DNA of 64,000 nt from an uncultured Tangfeifania sp. (lineage in GTDB: Bacteria > Bacteroidota > Bacteroidia > Bacteroidales > Prolixibacteraceae): NCBI GenBank assembly GCA_964358545.1, contig CAYHQN010000007.1:3148-67147 (forward strand). Reading direction: 5' to 3'. Below are positions 1 to 8,578 of the stretch, one piece after another. Made by a program: the position numbers and the translations under genes. Under the pieces are notes generated by a model that worked only from the letters and a program-made list of their open reading frames with translations, made no database searches and was not told the DNA's origin. Positions within the stretch are counted from its first letter, which is position 1. Each line of letters opens with the position of its first letter.

Positions 1-1443
1 AAAACACTGCTAGCTGTAGGGGATAGATATATTGGACGTGAAATAGTAGAATCCCCTGAATTTTATTCCGTATTTCCATTTCGTCAGATTACCCATTATA
101 AAAATAATATGCTTGATGCCGCAAGACTTTCCTTTGCTTTAAGAATGATAAGTCTGGATGGTATTAACGACAGGCAATGGGTAAGGACAGGAGGGTGGTC
201 GCAGATGCCTACTGTCAGCGCTTACTTAGGATTGCCAAAGGAAACCGCCTTTTTGTTGGGCATAAATTTCCATGACAGGACACCCTATGCTGATTCCTTT
301 CAAGCATCCGAATCTTTGGAGGGATTTGTGCCTAAACGCTTTCCTGCCTTTTGGAACGCACATTTTGATTGGACACCCGACCAATGCCATGGTGGTGTTA
401 CCATAAATGCATTACAATCCATGTTGGTACAATATGATGACAGGAAAATATATCTGTTGCCAAGTTTTCCGGAAAATTGGAATGTTGATTTTAAACTTTA
501 CGCACCTTATAATACCGTAATAGAATGTAGTTATAAAGATGGGAAGATTGTTTTGTTAAGAGTTACACCTGAAAGCCGCAAAGCAGACATTGTCAATCTT
601 GCAACTTTAGAACATCGTATTCAAACAATGGTAAGGGTAGCAGGAACAGATTACAGCTATCTTTTTGGAGTTGACCCTTTACTTGATGGTGTAATAGCCC
701 CTAAAGACATAGATACACAGAAAATTAGCGGGGGATGGCTATCGAAGTACGGTGAAAGTTTGTATGATACAAAAGCCGGACCGTTCAAAGCGGGAGATTG
801 GGGAGTAAGCGTGTTCAAAGGCAATACCATTTATCTGCATATAACCAATCCTGAAACAAAAGAAATAACATTGCCACCAATTCCGCTTTCAATAATGAAA
901 ACAGAGGTATTGACTGAGGGTAAAGTAAAAGTAAATAGCGATGCCCAACGAATAAAAGTAACTTGTGAAGGCTATCCGAAAAATAGTGCAGATGTTATTG
1001 TGAAATTAGAGATGAGTGGCGAAATATTGCCGATCGTAGAGAAGCAGGGTTATGAAAATTCATTGAGCAAAACGGCAACAGCATCAGCCTCCAATGAACA
1101 ACCAGGTTTCCCGGCAAAAAATGCAATAGACAACGACGATAAAACGGAGTGGAAAGCACAACCAACGGATTCAACCAATTACCTGCAACTAACTTTCCCA
1201 AAGCAGGAATCAATAAGCAGGGCTGAAATTCATTTTGCATTACCTGTTGCCACCATAGGTAAGGGTTATCCTTTTGAAATTCAATACACAGATAACACAG
1301 GTAAATGGATTACATTATTTAATGAAATGACTTATGGTAAAATTTGGGCAAAACCTTTTGATAAAACTCTTACGGATAAAATAAGAGTGAAATCAAGAAG
1401 TGCCGGCATAAGTCAATTCGATGTTTATAATACGGAAAAGTAA
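1..1443 (+). CDS. Glycoside-hydrolase-like protein, 5'-truncated by the window edge, with a C-terminal F5/8 type C (discoidin/CBM32-like) domain
   Basis: Frame 1 is open from nt 1, with no stop before the ATG at 109, so the gene begins upstream of the window. 'LLPSFPENWNVDFKLYAP..CSYKDGKIV' has the same pattern as the 'LPALP..GLRARGGFEV..W..GKL' C-terminal junction of the two GH95 genes here. The C-terminal 'NAIDNDDKTEWKA' looks like a discoidin-domain opening. GH family not assigned. Confidence 0.5.
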   Translation, partial: KTLLAVGDRYIGREIVESPEFYSVFPFRQITHYKNNMLDAARLSFALRMISLDGINDRQWVRTGGWSQMPTVSAYLGLPKETAFLLGINFHDRTPYADSFQASESLEGFVPKRFPAFWNAHFDWTPDQCHGGVTINALQSMLVQYDDRKIYLLPSFPENWNVDFKLYAPYNTVIECSYKDGKIVLLRVTPESRKADIVNLATLEHRIQTMVRVAGTDYSYLFGVDPLLDGVIAPKDIDTQKISGGWLSKYGESLYDTKAGPFKAGDWGVSVFKGNTIYLHITNPETKEITLPPIPLSIMKTEVLTEGKVKVNSDAQRIKVTCEGYPKNSADVIVKLEMSGEILPIVEKQGYENSLSKTATASASNEQPGFPAKNAIDNDDKTEWKAQPTDSTNYLQLTFPKQESISRAEIHFALPVATIGKGYPFEIQYTDNTGKWITLFNEMTYGKIWAKPFDKTLTDKIRVKSRSAGISQFDVYNTEK

Positions 1444-1589
1444 TGGGTAGGTCTTTCGTAACCTGCCATTTGGTTTTAAAAAGTGCTACTTGTTAATGAA
1501 GTACACGAATATTGTCAGGATAAATCATAAAATCATAACAGAAACAAAGAACAATCTACCAATCCTTAATCATTAAAAAATTTGAGACA

Positions 1590-4484
1590 ATGAATCAACG
1601 AAAGAGTATATCCGGGATCTGTCAACGGACTGTTTGTGTGATTTTTATTTTAGTTAATTTAGGGTCTGCCCTTTTTGCCCAGAATAAAGGGTTAAGTAAT
1701 CCCCAGGATCCTTCCGTACTTCCGAAATCCAGAGGGAACATCGGTCTCCCCAAAGTGCTTCCCAAAATATCACAGGAAGCTAAACTGGTAAATACACGGG
1801 AAAATGAATGGGTAATATCTGACGGATGGGAATTGGCTGCCGCAAAACAAATTCGTTCGACCGGGTATGAAATTACCAAAGCAGATTATAAGACCGACAC
1901 ATGGATAAATGCAACGGTTCCCGGGACCATTCTTACCACACTTGTCAACCGGGGCTATTATCCTGATCCGCTTTATGGATTGAATAACCTGTTAATTCCA
2001 GACACATTGTGCCGGACAGACTGGTGGTACCGTACTGTTTTGCCCCTCCCTTCCGGGGCAGAAAACAAAAGAATACAGCTGATTTTAAACGGAATAAATT
2101 ATAAAGCTGATGTCTGGTTCAATGGATCGGTGCTGGGGACAATAACCGGCGCCTTTATCCGCGGACAATTCGATATTACTTCGCTTTTGCGTAAAGATGG
2201 AAATAATGTTCTGGCGGTACATATCCTGCCTCCACCTCATCCCGGAATTCCACATGAACAAAATCTTCTGGGAAGTGGCCCAAACGGAGGTTTGCTCTGT
2301 TATGACGGTCCTACTTTTGTGTGTACCGAAGGGTGGGATTGGGTACCCGGAATACGTGACCGGAACATGGGGATCTGGCAGGATGTCAGGTTAAGAGTTA
2401 CAGCTGATGCCCAGCTTGCAGATCCACAGGTAATTACCGACCTTTCTTTGCCCGATACAACCAGCGCGAAGATTACGATAAAAACAATTCTCCGGAACCG
2501 GGGTGCATCAAGGAAAACCTTCACACTTTCAGGTGAAATTGAAGCTGTCAGGTTTTCAAAACAGGTAACACTTGGTGCAGGGGAATGCAAGCTGATTGTT
2601 TTTAGTCATTCGGAATTTGCCCAGCTTAATTTTCACAATCCCCGTCTTTGGTGGCCAAACGGTTATGGGAAGCAGGAACTTTATAACCTGAAACTGACAG
2701 TAAGTGATGATGGGAATAAAATATCAGATATTAAAGAGGTCCGGTTTGGCATCCGGGAAATGAGTTATGATTTCACGGTAGATTATCAGCGTGTTCGTCA
2801 GGATGTTAGGGTAAATCTCAATCCATTAAAAGTCTGGGAGAAAACTGAGAAGATAATCACCTACAGGAAGAAAGGTTATGAAAGCCGTCGTCTTTCTAAT
2901 GGAGTTCAGATCGGTATTGTTCCTGATCTCAAGGATACGGTATTGTTCGATAAAGGTATTACTCCAGGGTCGGCGCCTTATTTCGTTATCCATGTGAATG
3001 GTCAGCCAATATATTGCAGGGGTGGTAACTGGGGACTGGATGAAGCCATGAAACGGGTTTCGCGTGAACGGCTGGAACCTTATTTCCGACTTCATAAAGA
3101 TGCCGGGTTTACCATGATCAGAAACTGGGTAGGACAGAGTACTGAGGAGGTTTTCTATGAACTTGCCGACGAATATGGACTGCTTATCTGGAACGATTTC
3201 TGGATGAGTACGGAAGACTGGAATCTTGATCCATGGGATAACCAGTTATTCCTTAATAATGCCCGTGACGCTATCCGCCGTTTTCGCAACCATCCCAGTA
3301 TAGCGCTCTGGTGCGGGCGCAACGAAGGTAATCCCCCGATGGCGCTTGATGATAGTTTGCATATTCTGCAGGCAAAGGAAGACGGAACAAGGATTTATCA
3401 TTCCAGTTCCATCAAAAACAATCTTGCTGACAGTGGTCCCTGGTTTTATACCGATTTCGCAAAGAAAGAGATACATCATAAAGATGGTTTTAATACAGAA
3501 ACAGGAGTTCCGGCTGTACCTGTTGCCGAAACGATGCAGGAAATGATGCTTCCCGAGGATCTTTGGCCAATTGGTGATGCCTGGTATTATCACGATCTGC
3601 ATAGGGGACAAAAGGATTATGTCCAGGCAATTGAAGATCAGTATGGTTCATATAAGAACCTCGGGGAGTTCTGCCGTAAGGCGCAGATGCTAAACTACGA
3701 GATCTACCGCGAAATATTCGAGGTCTGGAACTACCGGTTATGGAATACCTGCAGCGGATTATTATTGTGGATGTCGCATCCGGCATGGCCAAGCACCGTC
3801 TGGCAGACCTATTCCTCAGATTATGAAACCAATGGTGTTTTTTATGGAAGTAAAAAAGCCTGCGAACCGTTACATATCCAGTTTCAGCCGGATAGTTATG
3901 ATGTTTATTTCATCAACAATACACTAAATGATTATCATGCGATTCGTACAGAACTAAAGATTTACGATCTTAATGCCAAAGAAATCTGCAACGAATCAGT
4001 TGTTAACGATTCAAAGGCCAACAGCCGGATCAAATGTTTTACGGCAAAAATTTTACATGATCTGCCCCCTGTTTATTTAGCCAGGATGAAGACCTTTTCA
4101 GCGCAAGGTCTGCTACTGTCCGAAAATACCTATTTTCAGACAGCCGATGGAAAGAAAGATTTCAAAGCTTTAAATAACCTGGTGCCTGTAAAAATACAGG
4201 GAAAACTGATCAGCAGGAAGTTGACAGACAAAATGCAGAAATTTACGATTAACCTCACCAATCCGTCAAAGGTAATTGCGGTTTCCATAAAACTTAATGT
4301 ACGTAATTCCCTGACGGGGAAACGGGTATTACCGGCTTATATTTCGGATGGCTACTTTACTTTGTTACCTGGAGAGACTCATACCGTGGTTACCGAATGC
4401 CCTGCAGGCCTGCTGCCGGTAACAGCAATAATATCTGCAGAAGGTTATAATGTACCTCGACAGGATGTAATAATTATTAAATGA
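1590..4484 (+). CDS. GH2-family glycosidase (beta-mannosidase / exo-beta-glucosaminidase-like), secreted
   Basis: 964 aa with an N-terminal signal peptide. It has the GH2 sugar-binding-domain pattern ('WWYRT..', 'LILNGINYKADVWFNGSVLG') and a TIM-barrel acid/base-type 'WCGRNEGNPP'. Subfamily not resolved. Confidence 0.75.
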   Translation: MNQRKSISGICQRTVCVIFILVNLGSALFAQNKGLSNPQDPSVLPKSRGNIGLPKVLPKISQEAKLVNTRENEWVISDGWELAAAKQIRSTGYEITKADYKTDTWINATVPGTILTTLVNRGYYPDPLYGLNNLLIPDTLCRTDWWYRTVLPLPSGAENKRIQLILNGINYKADVWFNGSVLGTITGAFIRGQFDITSLLRKDGNNVLAVHILPPPHPGIPHEQNLLGSGPNGGLLCYDGPTFVCTEGWDWVPGIRDRNMGIWQDVRLRVTADAQLADPQVITDLSLPDTTSAKITIKTILRNRGASRKTFTLSGEIEAVRFSKQVTLGAGECKLIVFSHSEFAQLNFHNPRLWWPNGYGKQELYNLKLTVSDDGNKISDIKEVRFGIREMSYDFTVDYQRVRQDVRVNLNPLKVWEKTEKIITYRKKGYESRRLSNGVQIGIVPDLKDTVLFDKGITPGSAPYFVIHVNGQPIYCRGGNWGLDEAMKRVSRERLEPYFRLHKDAGFTMIRNWVGQSTEEVFYELADEYGLLIWNDFWMSTEDWNLDPWDNQLFLNNARDAIRRFRNHPSIALWCGRNEGNPPMALDDSLHILQAKEDGTRIYHSSSIKNNLADSGPWFYTDFAKKEIHHKDGFNTETGVPAVPVAETMQEMMLPEDLWPIGDAWYYHDLHRGQKDYVQAIEDQYGSYKNLGEFCRKAQMLNYEIYREIFEVWNYRLWNTCSGLLLWMSHPAWPSTVWQTYSSDYETNGVFYGSKKACEPLHIQFQPDSYDVYFINNTLNDYHAIRTELKIYDLNAKEICNESVVNDSKANSRIKCFTAKILHDLPPVYLARMKTFSAQGLLLSENTYFQTADGKKDFKALNNLVPVKIQGKLISRKLTDKMQKFTINLTNPSKVIAVSIKLNVRNSLTGKRVLPAYISDGYFTLLPGETHTVVTECPAGLLPVTAIISAEGYNVPRQDVIIIK

Positions 4485-4525
4485 TATAAATGGCTGTTTA
4501 AGCATAAATTTAGAAACGGATAACC

Positions 4526-7120
4526 ATGTACAAAATTATTGTCATTGTTTCAGTATTCCTACTGTTTAGCTGCGATCTGGTGGCCAATAAAACTAAAGGT
4601 TCAGCAAAGTCGGGAAGTTCAAATTCTTCTTTGACCGGCAGTACCAAAGGGTATGATACTCCGGAGTTGAATTCCGGGGATATTATCTGGTCAACTAAAC
4701 CGGCAACGGAATGGGCCGAGGGCTATCCCGTAGGCAATGGCCGTTTGGGAGGGATGGTTTTAGGGGTGGCTCAGCATGAACGGATCTCTGTTAATCACGA
4801 CCTGTTATGGCGGCAGTTCTGGACTTACCAGGAACACAAAACTGCCGGCGACATCAAAAAAATCAGGGAATTAACAGTTCAGGGTAAATGGGATCAGGCG
4901 GAGGAGCTGATGGAGCAAAAAATACCCTCATCGGGCAACGCCATCTATCTCAATCCGTATGTCCCGGCTGGTGATCTGTATCTCAATCTTCGCCATGCCC
5001 GCAAACCAGTGACCGATTACAGGCGGGTGCTGAATATGGATAAGGGTATCGTGGAGGTGAGTTACGCCATTGATGATGTTCATTTTAAACGGGAGATATT
5101 TACATCCTGGAAGCAGGGGGTAATGGCTGCCCATCTGACGGCCGACCGTGCCGGTATGTTAACGGGAGAAGTCTCCCTTTCGCGGATACTGGATCCTGAA
5201 TGTGAAGTAACCGGTTATGCTTCAAGGGACAAAGTTGTTCTGGAAGGAAAATTTGAGGAGGGGAGAACATTTGCCATTGTGGCCAAAGTTATTCAAAGGG
5301 GAGGACGCCTTACCAACGGTCGGAAAGAGCTTCATCAAAACATGTCAGAAATGCCCAAAAAGGATTTTGGGTTAAAGTATGTGTACAGCACAAATGAGAT
5401 GTTCGGAAAAGATGACGGGGCCTCCATTTTTTTTGACACCTCGGATGAGGTGCTGATCTTATTGGCCATCACCGTCGATGACGAATATGAAAAAGGTGCT
5501 GACCTGGTAAAGAAAGCGATCGAAAAGCTCGACAACGTCACAGAGAGTTACCAGGCTCTTAAAGAAGCTCATATTCAGGACTTCCAAAAGATATACAACA
5601 GGGTTTCCATCACCCTTGGGCCTGAAAAGCGGTTCATTTCAACAGACTCCTTGTTGAGGAAGTCTGTTGATGAGAATACTGCCTCTCCGGCCTTGCTGGA
5701 AAAGATGTTCAATATGTCGCGCTATCTGGCCATATCAAGCGGCCGTCCCCAACCGGCGGGCCAACCTGCAAAATTGCCGATAAATCTCCAGGGTATCTGG
5801 AACCAGGACCGGCGACCGGCATGGGATTGTGATTACCACATTGATTTAAATGTGGAAATGTGTTATTGGCCGTTGGATATGCTGAATCTGGGAGACCTGA
5901 TGATGCCATTGATGAATTGGGTGGAATCGTTGATTGAGCAGGGACGAAGGGCGGCAAAAGATCTTTATGGAGCAAGAGGAGTTGCATTTGGTGGGGTTTT
6001 GGACAATAAAAATATCGGCAATTTCGATAATATTTGTTTCCCCTGGACAGGTGGCGCCGCGTGGGTTGCTCAAATCCTTTGGCAACATTGGGAGTATAGT
6101 AATGACCGCTCTTTTTTACAAAATCATTTATTCCAGTATATGGTTGAGATCGGGAAATTCTATGAAGACTTTCTCGTGGAAGACAGCAATGGGTTCCTGG
6201 TCCCTTCTTTAAGCGCTTCCCCTGAAATGCCGATTGCGGGTAGGAAGGGTGGAAGTTTTTTATCTTCAGCATCCTCCATGGACCTGGAACTGATTCATGA
6301 CCTTTTCGGTCATTTAATTGAGGCAGGAAATTTATTAAAGACGGATCCCACAAAGATTAAAAAATGGCAATCCATTGTTGACCGTGTTCCATTGCCCAGG
6401 ATCAATGCAGATGGTTCCATGGGTGAATGGCTGGAAGAACATACGATGGCCGACCCGGGTCACCGCCACCGGTCATTGCTGGTAGGTTTGTGCCCGGGAG
6501 ACAGGATATCGGTTGAAAACACCAAAGAATATGCAGATGCTGCTTATAAAGCTATCCTTAAAAGGCATGAAACAGGAAGGAGATCCACTCAATCCCTCAC
6601 GTTTGTATGGGATACACAATTGCTTGCAAGGCTATACAAAGCTGAAGAATCGTACGACGAACTGGTGAGAATGTTACCTGTTCATACCCTGGATAACCTG
6701 CTCATTACCTGTAATGACTGGAGCGGAACGAGAGGGGGCCTTGCATGGTTCAAAGGGATTAAGTTAGTTCAGATCGAAGCAAGTCTCGCGCTTGGATCAG
6801 CAATTATTGAGATGATTTTTCAGGACAGACAAGGGTTGTTAAAATTTCTGCCTGCTCTTCCGGATATTTTATCCAAAGGGAAAGTTGCAGGTCTAAGAGC
6901 CAGGGGCGGATTTGAGGTTGGTTTGGAATGGAATGAAGGAAAATTAAATTCTGCGGATATTATTTCCTTTAATGGTAAGCCATGTCATTTTAAAGATAAT
7001 GGATTTGACAAAATAAAAATAACAAGTAGGGGGAAAGAGGTGAAATATGCCATTAATAAAGACCAAGGTATCATAAGCTTTGACACCGGGAAGGGTCAGG
7101 AATACCAATTGACTTTTTAA
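4526..7120 (+). CDS. GH95-family alpha-L-fucosidase/alpha-L-galactosidase, lipoprotein
   Basis: The lipoprotein signal is 'VSVFLLFSC'. The GH95 N-terminal hallmark 'WAEGYPVGNGRLGGMV' is present, and the C-terminal 'LPALP..GLRARGGFEVGLEW' is typical of GH95. It is a paralog of 10732..13338. Confidence 0.85.
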   Translation: MYKIIVIVSVFLLFSCDLVANKTKGSAKSGSSNSSLTGSTKGYDTPELNSGDIIWSTKPATEWAEGYPVGNGRLGGMVLGVAQHERISVNHDLLWRQFWTYQEHKTAGDIKKIRELTVQGKWDQAEELMEQKIPSSGNAIYLNPYVPAGDLYLNLRHARKPVTDYRRVLNMDKGIVEVSYAIDDVHFKREIFTSWKQGVMAAHLTADRAGMLTGEVSLSRILDPECEVTGYASRDKVVLEGKFEEGRTFAIVAKVIQRGGRLTNGRKELHQNMSEMPKKDFGLKYVYSTNEMFGKDDGASIFFDTSDEVLILLAITVDDEYEKGADLVKKAIEKLDNVTESYQALKEAHIQDFQKIYNRVSITLGPEKRFISTDSLLRKSVDENTASPALLEKMFNMSRYLAISSGRPQPAGQPAKLPINLQGIWNQDRRPAWDCDYHIDLNVEMCYWPLDMLNLGDLMMPLMNWVESLIEQGRRAAKDLYGARGVAFGGVLDNKNIGNFDNICFPWTGGAAWVAQILWQHWEYSNDRSFLQNHLFQYMVEIGKFYEDFLVEDSNGFLVPSLSASPEMPIAGRKGGSFLSSASSMDLELIHDLFGHLIEAGNLLKTDPTKIKKWQSIVDRVPLPRINADGSMGEWLEEHTMADPGHRHRSLLVGLCPGDRISVENTKEYADAAYKAILKRHETGRRSTQSLTFVWDTQLLARLYKAEESYDELVRMLPVHTLDNLLITCNDWSGTRGGLAWFKGIKLVQIEASLALGSAIIEMIFQDRQGLLKFLPALPDILSKGKVAGLRARGGFEVGLEWNEGKLNSADIISFNGKPCHFKDNGFDKIKITSRGKEVKYAINKDQGIISFDTGKGQEYQLTF

Positions 7121-7295
7121 GAGAATTGGCAAATAACATATAGGTAATGATGCGCTAAAAGAAAAATATGTTTAAACGAAAGGCGCATCGAAGTTTGATC
7201 GATTGGTTTAGCTCAATGCCCAAAAACCTAACCAGGAGTGGAAATCAATTAGAATTGAAAATGTATGAACATCATTTTTATTATAAAGACGATTA

Positions 7296-8354
7296 ATGAA
7301 TAATAAGCAAGTATCAGGAAACATTACCCGCCGCAAGGTGTTGAAAATCAGTGCGGGAACGATCGCAGGAACGGTGATCGCCAATATTGGAGTCAACGCA
7401 TTCGCAGCGGAACCGGCGGCGAAGGCGATGCAGGCTTGGGTGAATCCGTACCACGATATTCGCGGTTTCAATTACCAACCGAGCTATGAGGCAACCGGTT
7501 ACAGCATTTGGCGTCAGTTCCGGCCAGAGAAGTTCGATACGGAACTCGGGCTGGGGAAGAAGTACTTTCCGAAGATCAACACAGTTCGCTACTGGCTGTC
7601 ATTCGATGCCTTTGCTGTGGATCCGTCCGGCTTTGCCGAACATTTCAAGACGGCATTGGACATTGCTCACAGCCACGGGCTCAAGGTGGTGCCCACGCTG
7701 TTCAACAATTGGCACAGCGTTCCAGGGTTTGGCGGTATTGCCGAAGAGATGTTGAATTACTGGTTCGTCAGCTACGGCAAGAAGGGAGAGGCCGCCAACT
7801 ATGTGTTCCGGCCATATCTGGAAAAAGTCGTGGGCGATCACGCCAAAGACAATCGTATTCTTGCTTGGGATCTGTGCAACGAACCGCACAACAACGGAAA
7901 TTGGCAGCTCACACTGGAGTGGCTTACGCACAGCTACAAGATGTGCAAGGATATGGGCGCGTCACAGCCAGTAAGTGTGAGCGTGCAAGGAGGCCTCGGA
8001 CAACTACGTGAGGTCGAGGCGATTAGTGACTTGTATCTCATCCATCCATATTTCGCAAAGCAGGAGAGATTACACGAAATCGTTGATTTTGCCCGACATC
8101 AGAACAAGGGCGCGTTGGCCACCGAGTGTTGTTGGGGATCGCTGGACGATGCGCAACGTGCACATATTGTGGTCTCAGAATGCGACAATCTTGCACGGGC
8201 TGGCATAGGTTTCATGCCGCATGCACTACACGAAAGCTTAGTGGCCGACTTGCATCGTGAGCAATTCGGCTTGCTCAGTTCGGCCAGCTCGATGCATTTC
8301 ATCGCCATGGACGGGTCGCTGCGCCCCGGTCACGATGTGTTCAACAATTTTTGA
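7296..8354 (+). CDS. Clan GH-A (GH5-like) (beta/alpha)8 glycoside hydrolase with a twin-arginine signal peptide
   Basis: The N-terminal 'TRRKVLKISAGTIAG..AFAAEP' fits a Tat signal. 'WDLCNEPHN' is a clan GH-A acid/base NEP motif. The gene is visibly richer in G+C than its neighbours, which explains the several long alternative-frame ORFs inside it. Confidence 0.55.
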   Translation: MNNKQVSGNITRRKVLKISAGTIAGTVIANIGVNAFAAEPAAKAMQAWVNPYHDIRGFNYQPSYEATGYSIWRQFRPEKFDTELGLGKKYFPKINTVRYWLSFDAFAVDPSGFAEHFKTALDIAHSHGLKVVPTLFNNWHSVPGFGGIAEEMLNYWFVSYGKKGEAANYVFRPYLEKVVGDHAKDNRILAWDLCNEPHNNGNWQLTLEWLTHSYKMCKDMGASQPVSVSVQGGLGQLREVEAISDLYLIHPYFAKQERLHEIVDFARHQNKGALATECCWGSLDDAQRAHIVVSECDNLARAGIGFMPHALHESLVADLHREQFGLLSSASSMHFIAMDGSLRPGHDVFNNF

Positions 8355-8578
8355 AGCATCTTTACTTGTTTTGTAAACGGGTCAAATGTTTTTAAAAGTA
8401 AAATTGTGTTATAGGAGTAAAATGTTTTGAAGGAAAGAGAGACTTGGAAGATGGGATCAATGCCTTCAAGTAGGGCATACGTGCAGTGTCCACACTTGCT
8501 TTGAATGCTTGGATTTAATATAATCATTTTATTCGTAATTCCAGATATTCATCAAAATAAATTAATAAACAGATAAAC

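Noticed and set aside
5709-6353. 214-aa minus-strand ORF inside the first GH95 gene (and its counterpart 12002..12499 in the second)
   Set aside because: They are antisense to strongly supported GH95 coding sequence. They are conserved only because both GH95 paralogs are, and they have no recognisable motifs.
7486-8011. Alternative-frame ORFs 7486..7755, 7508..8011 and 7599..7931
   Set aside because: They are by-products of the high G+C content of the GH-A gene. The Arg/Gly/Ala-rich translations are typical of out-of-frame reading.
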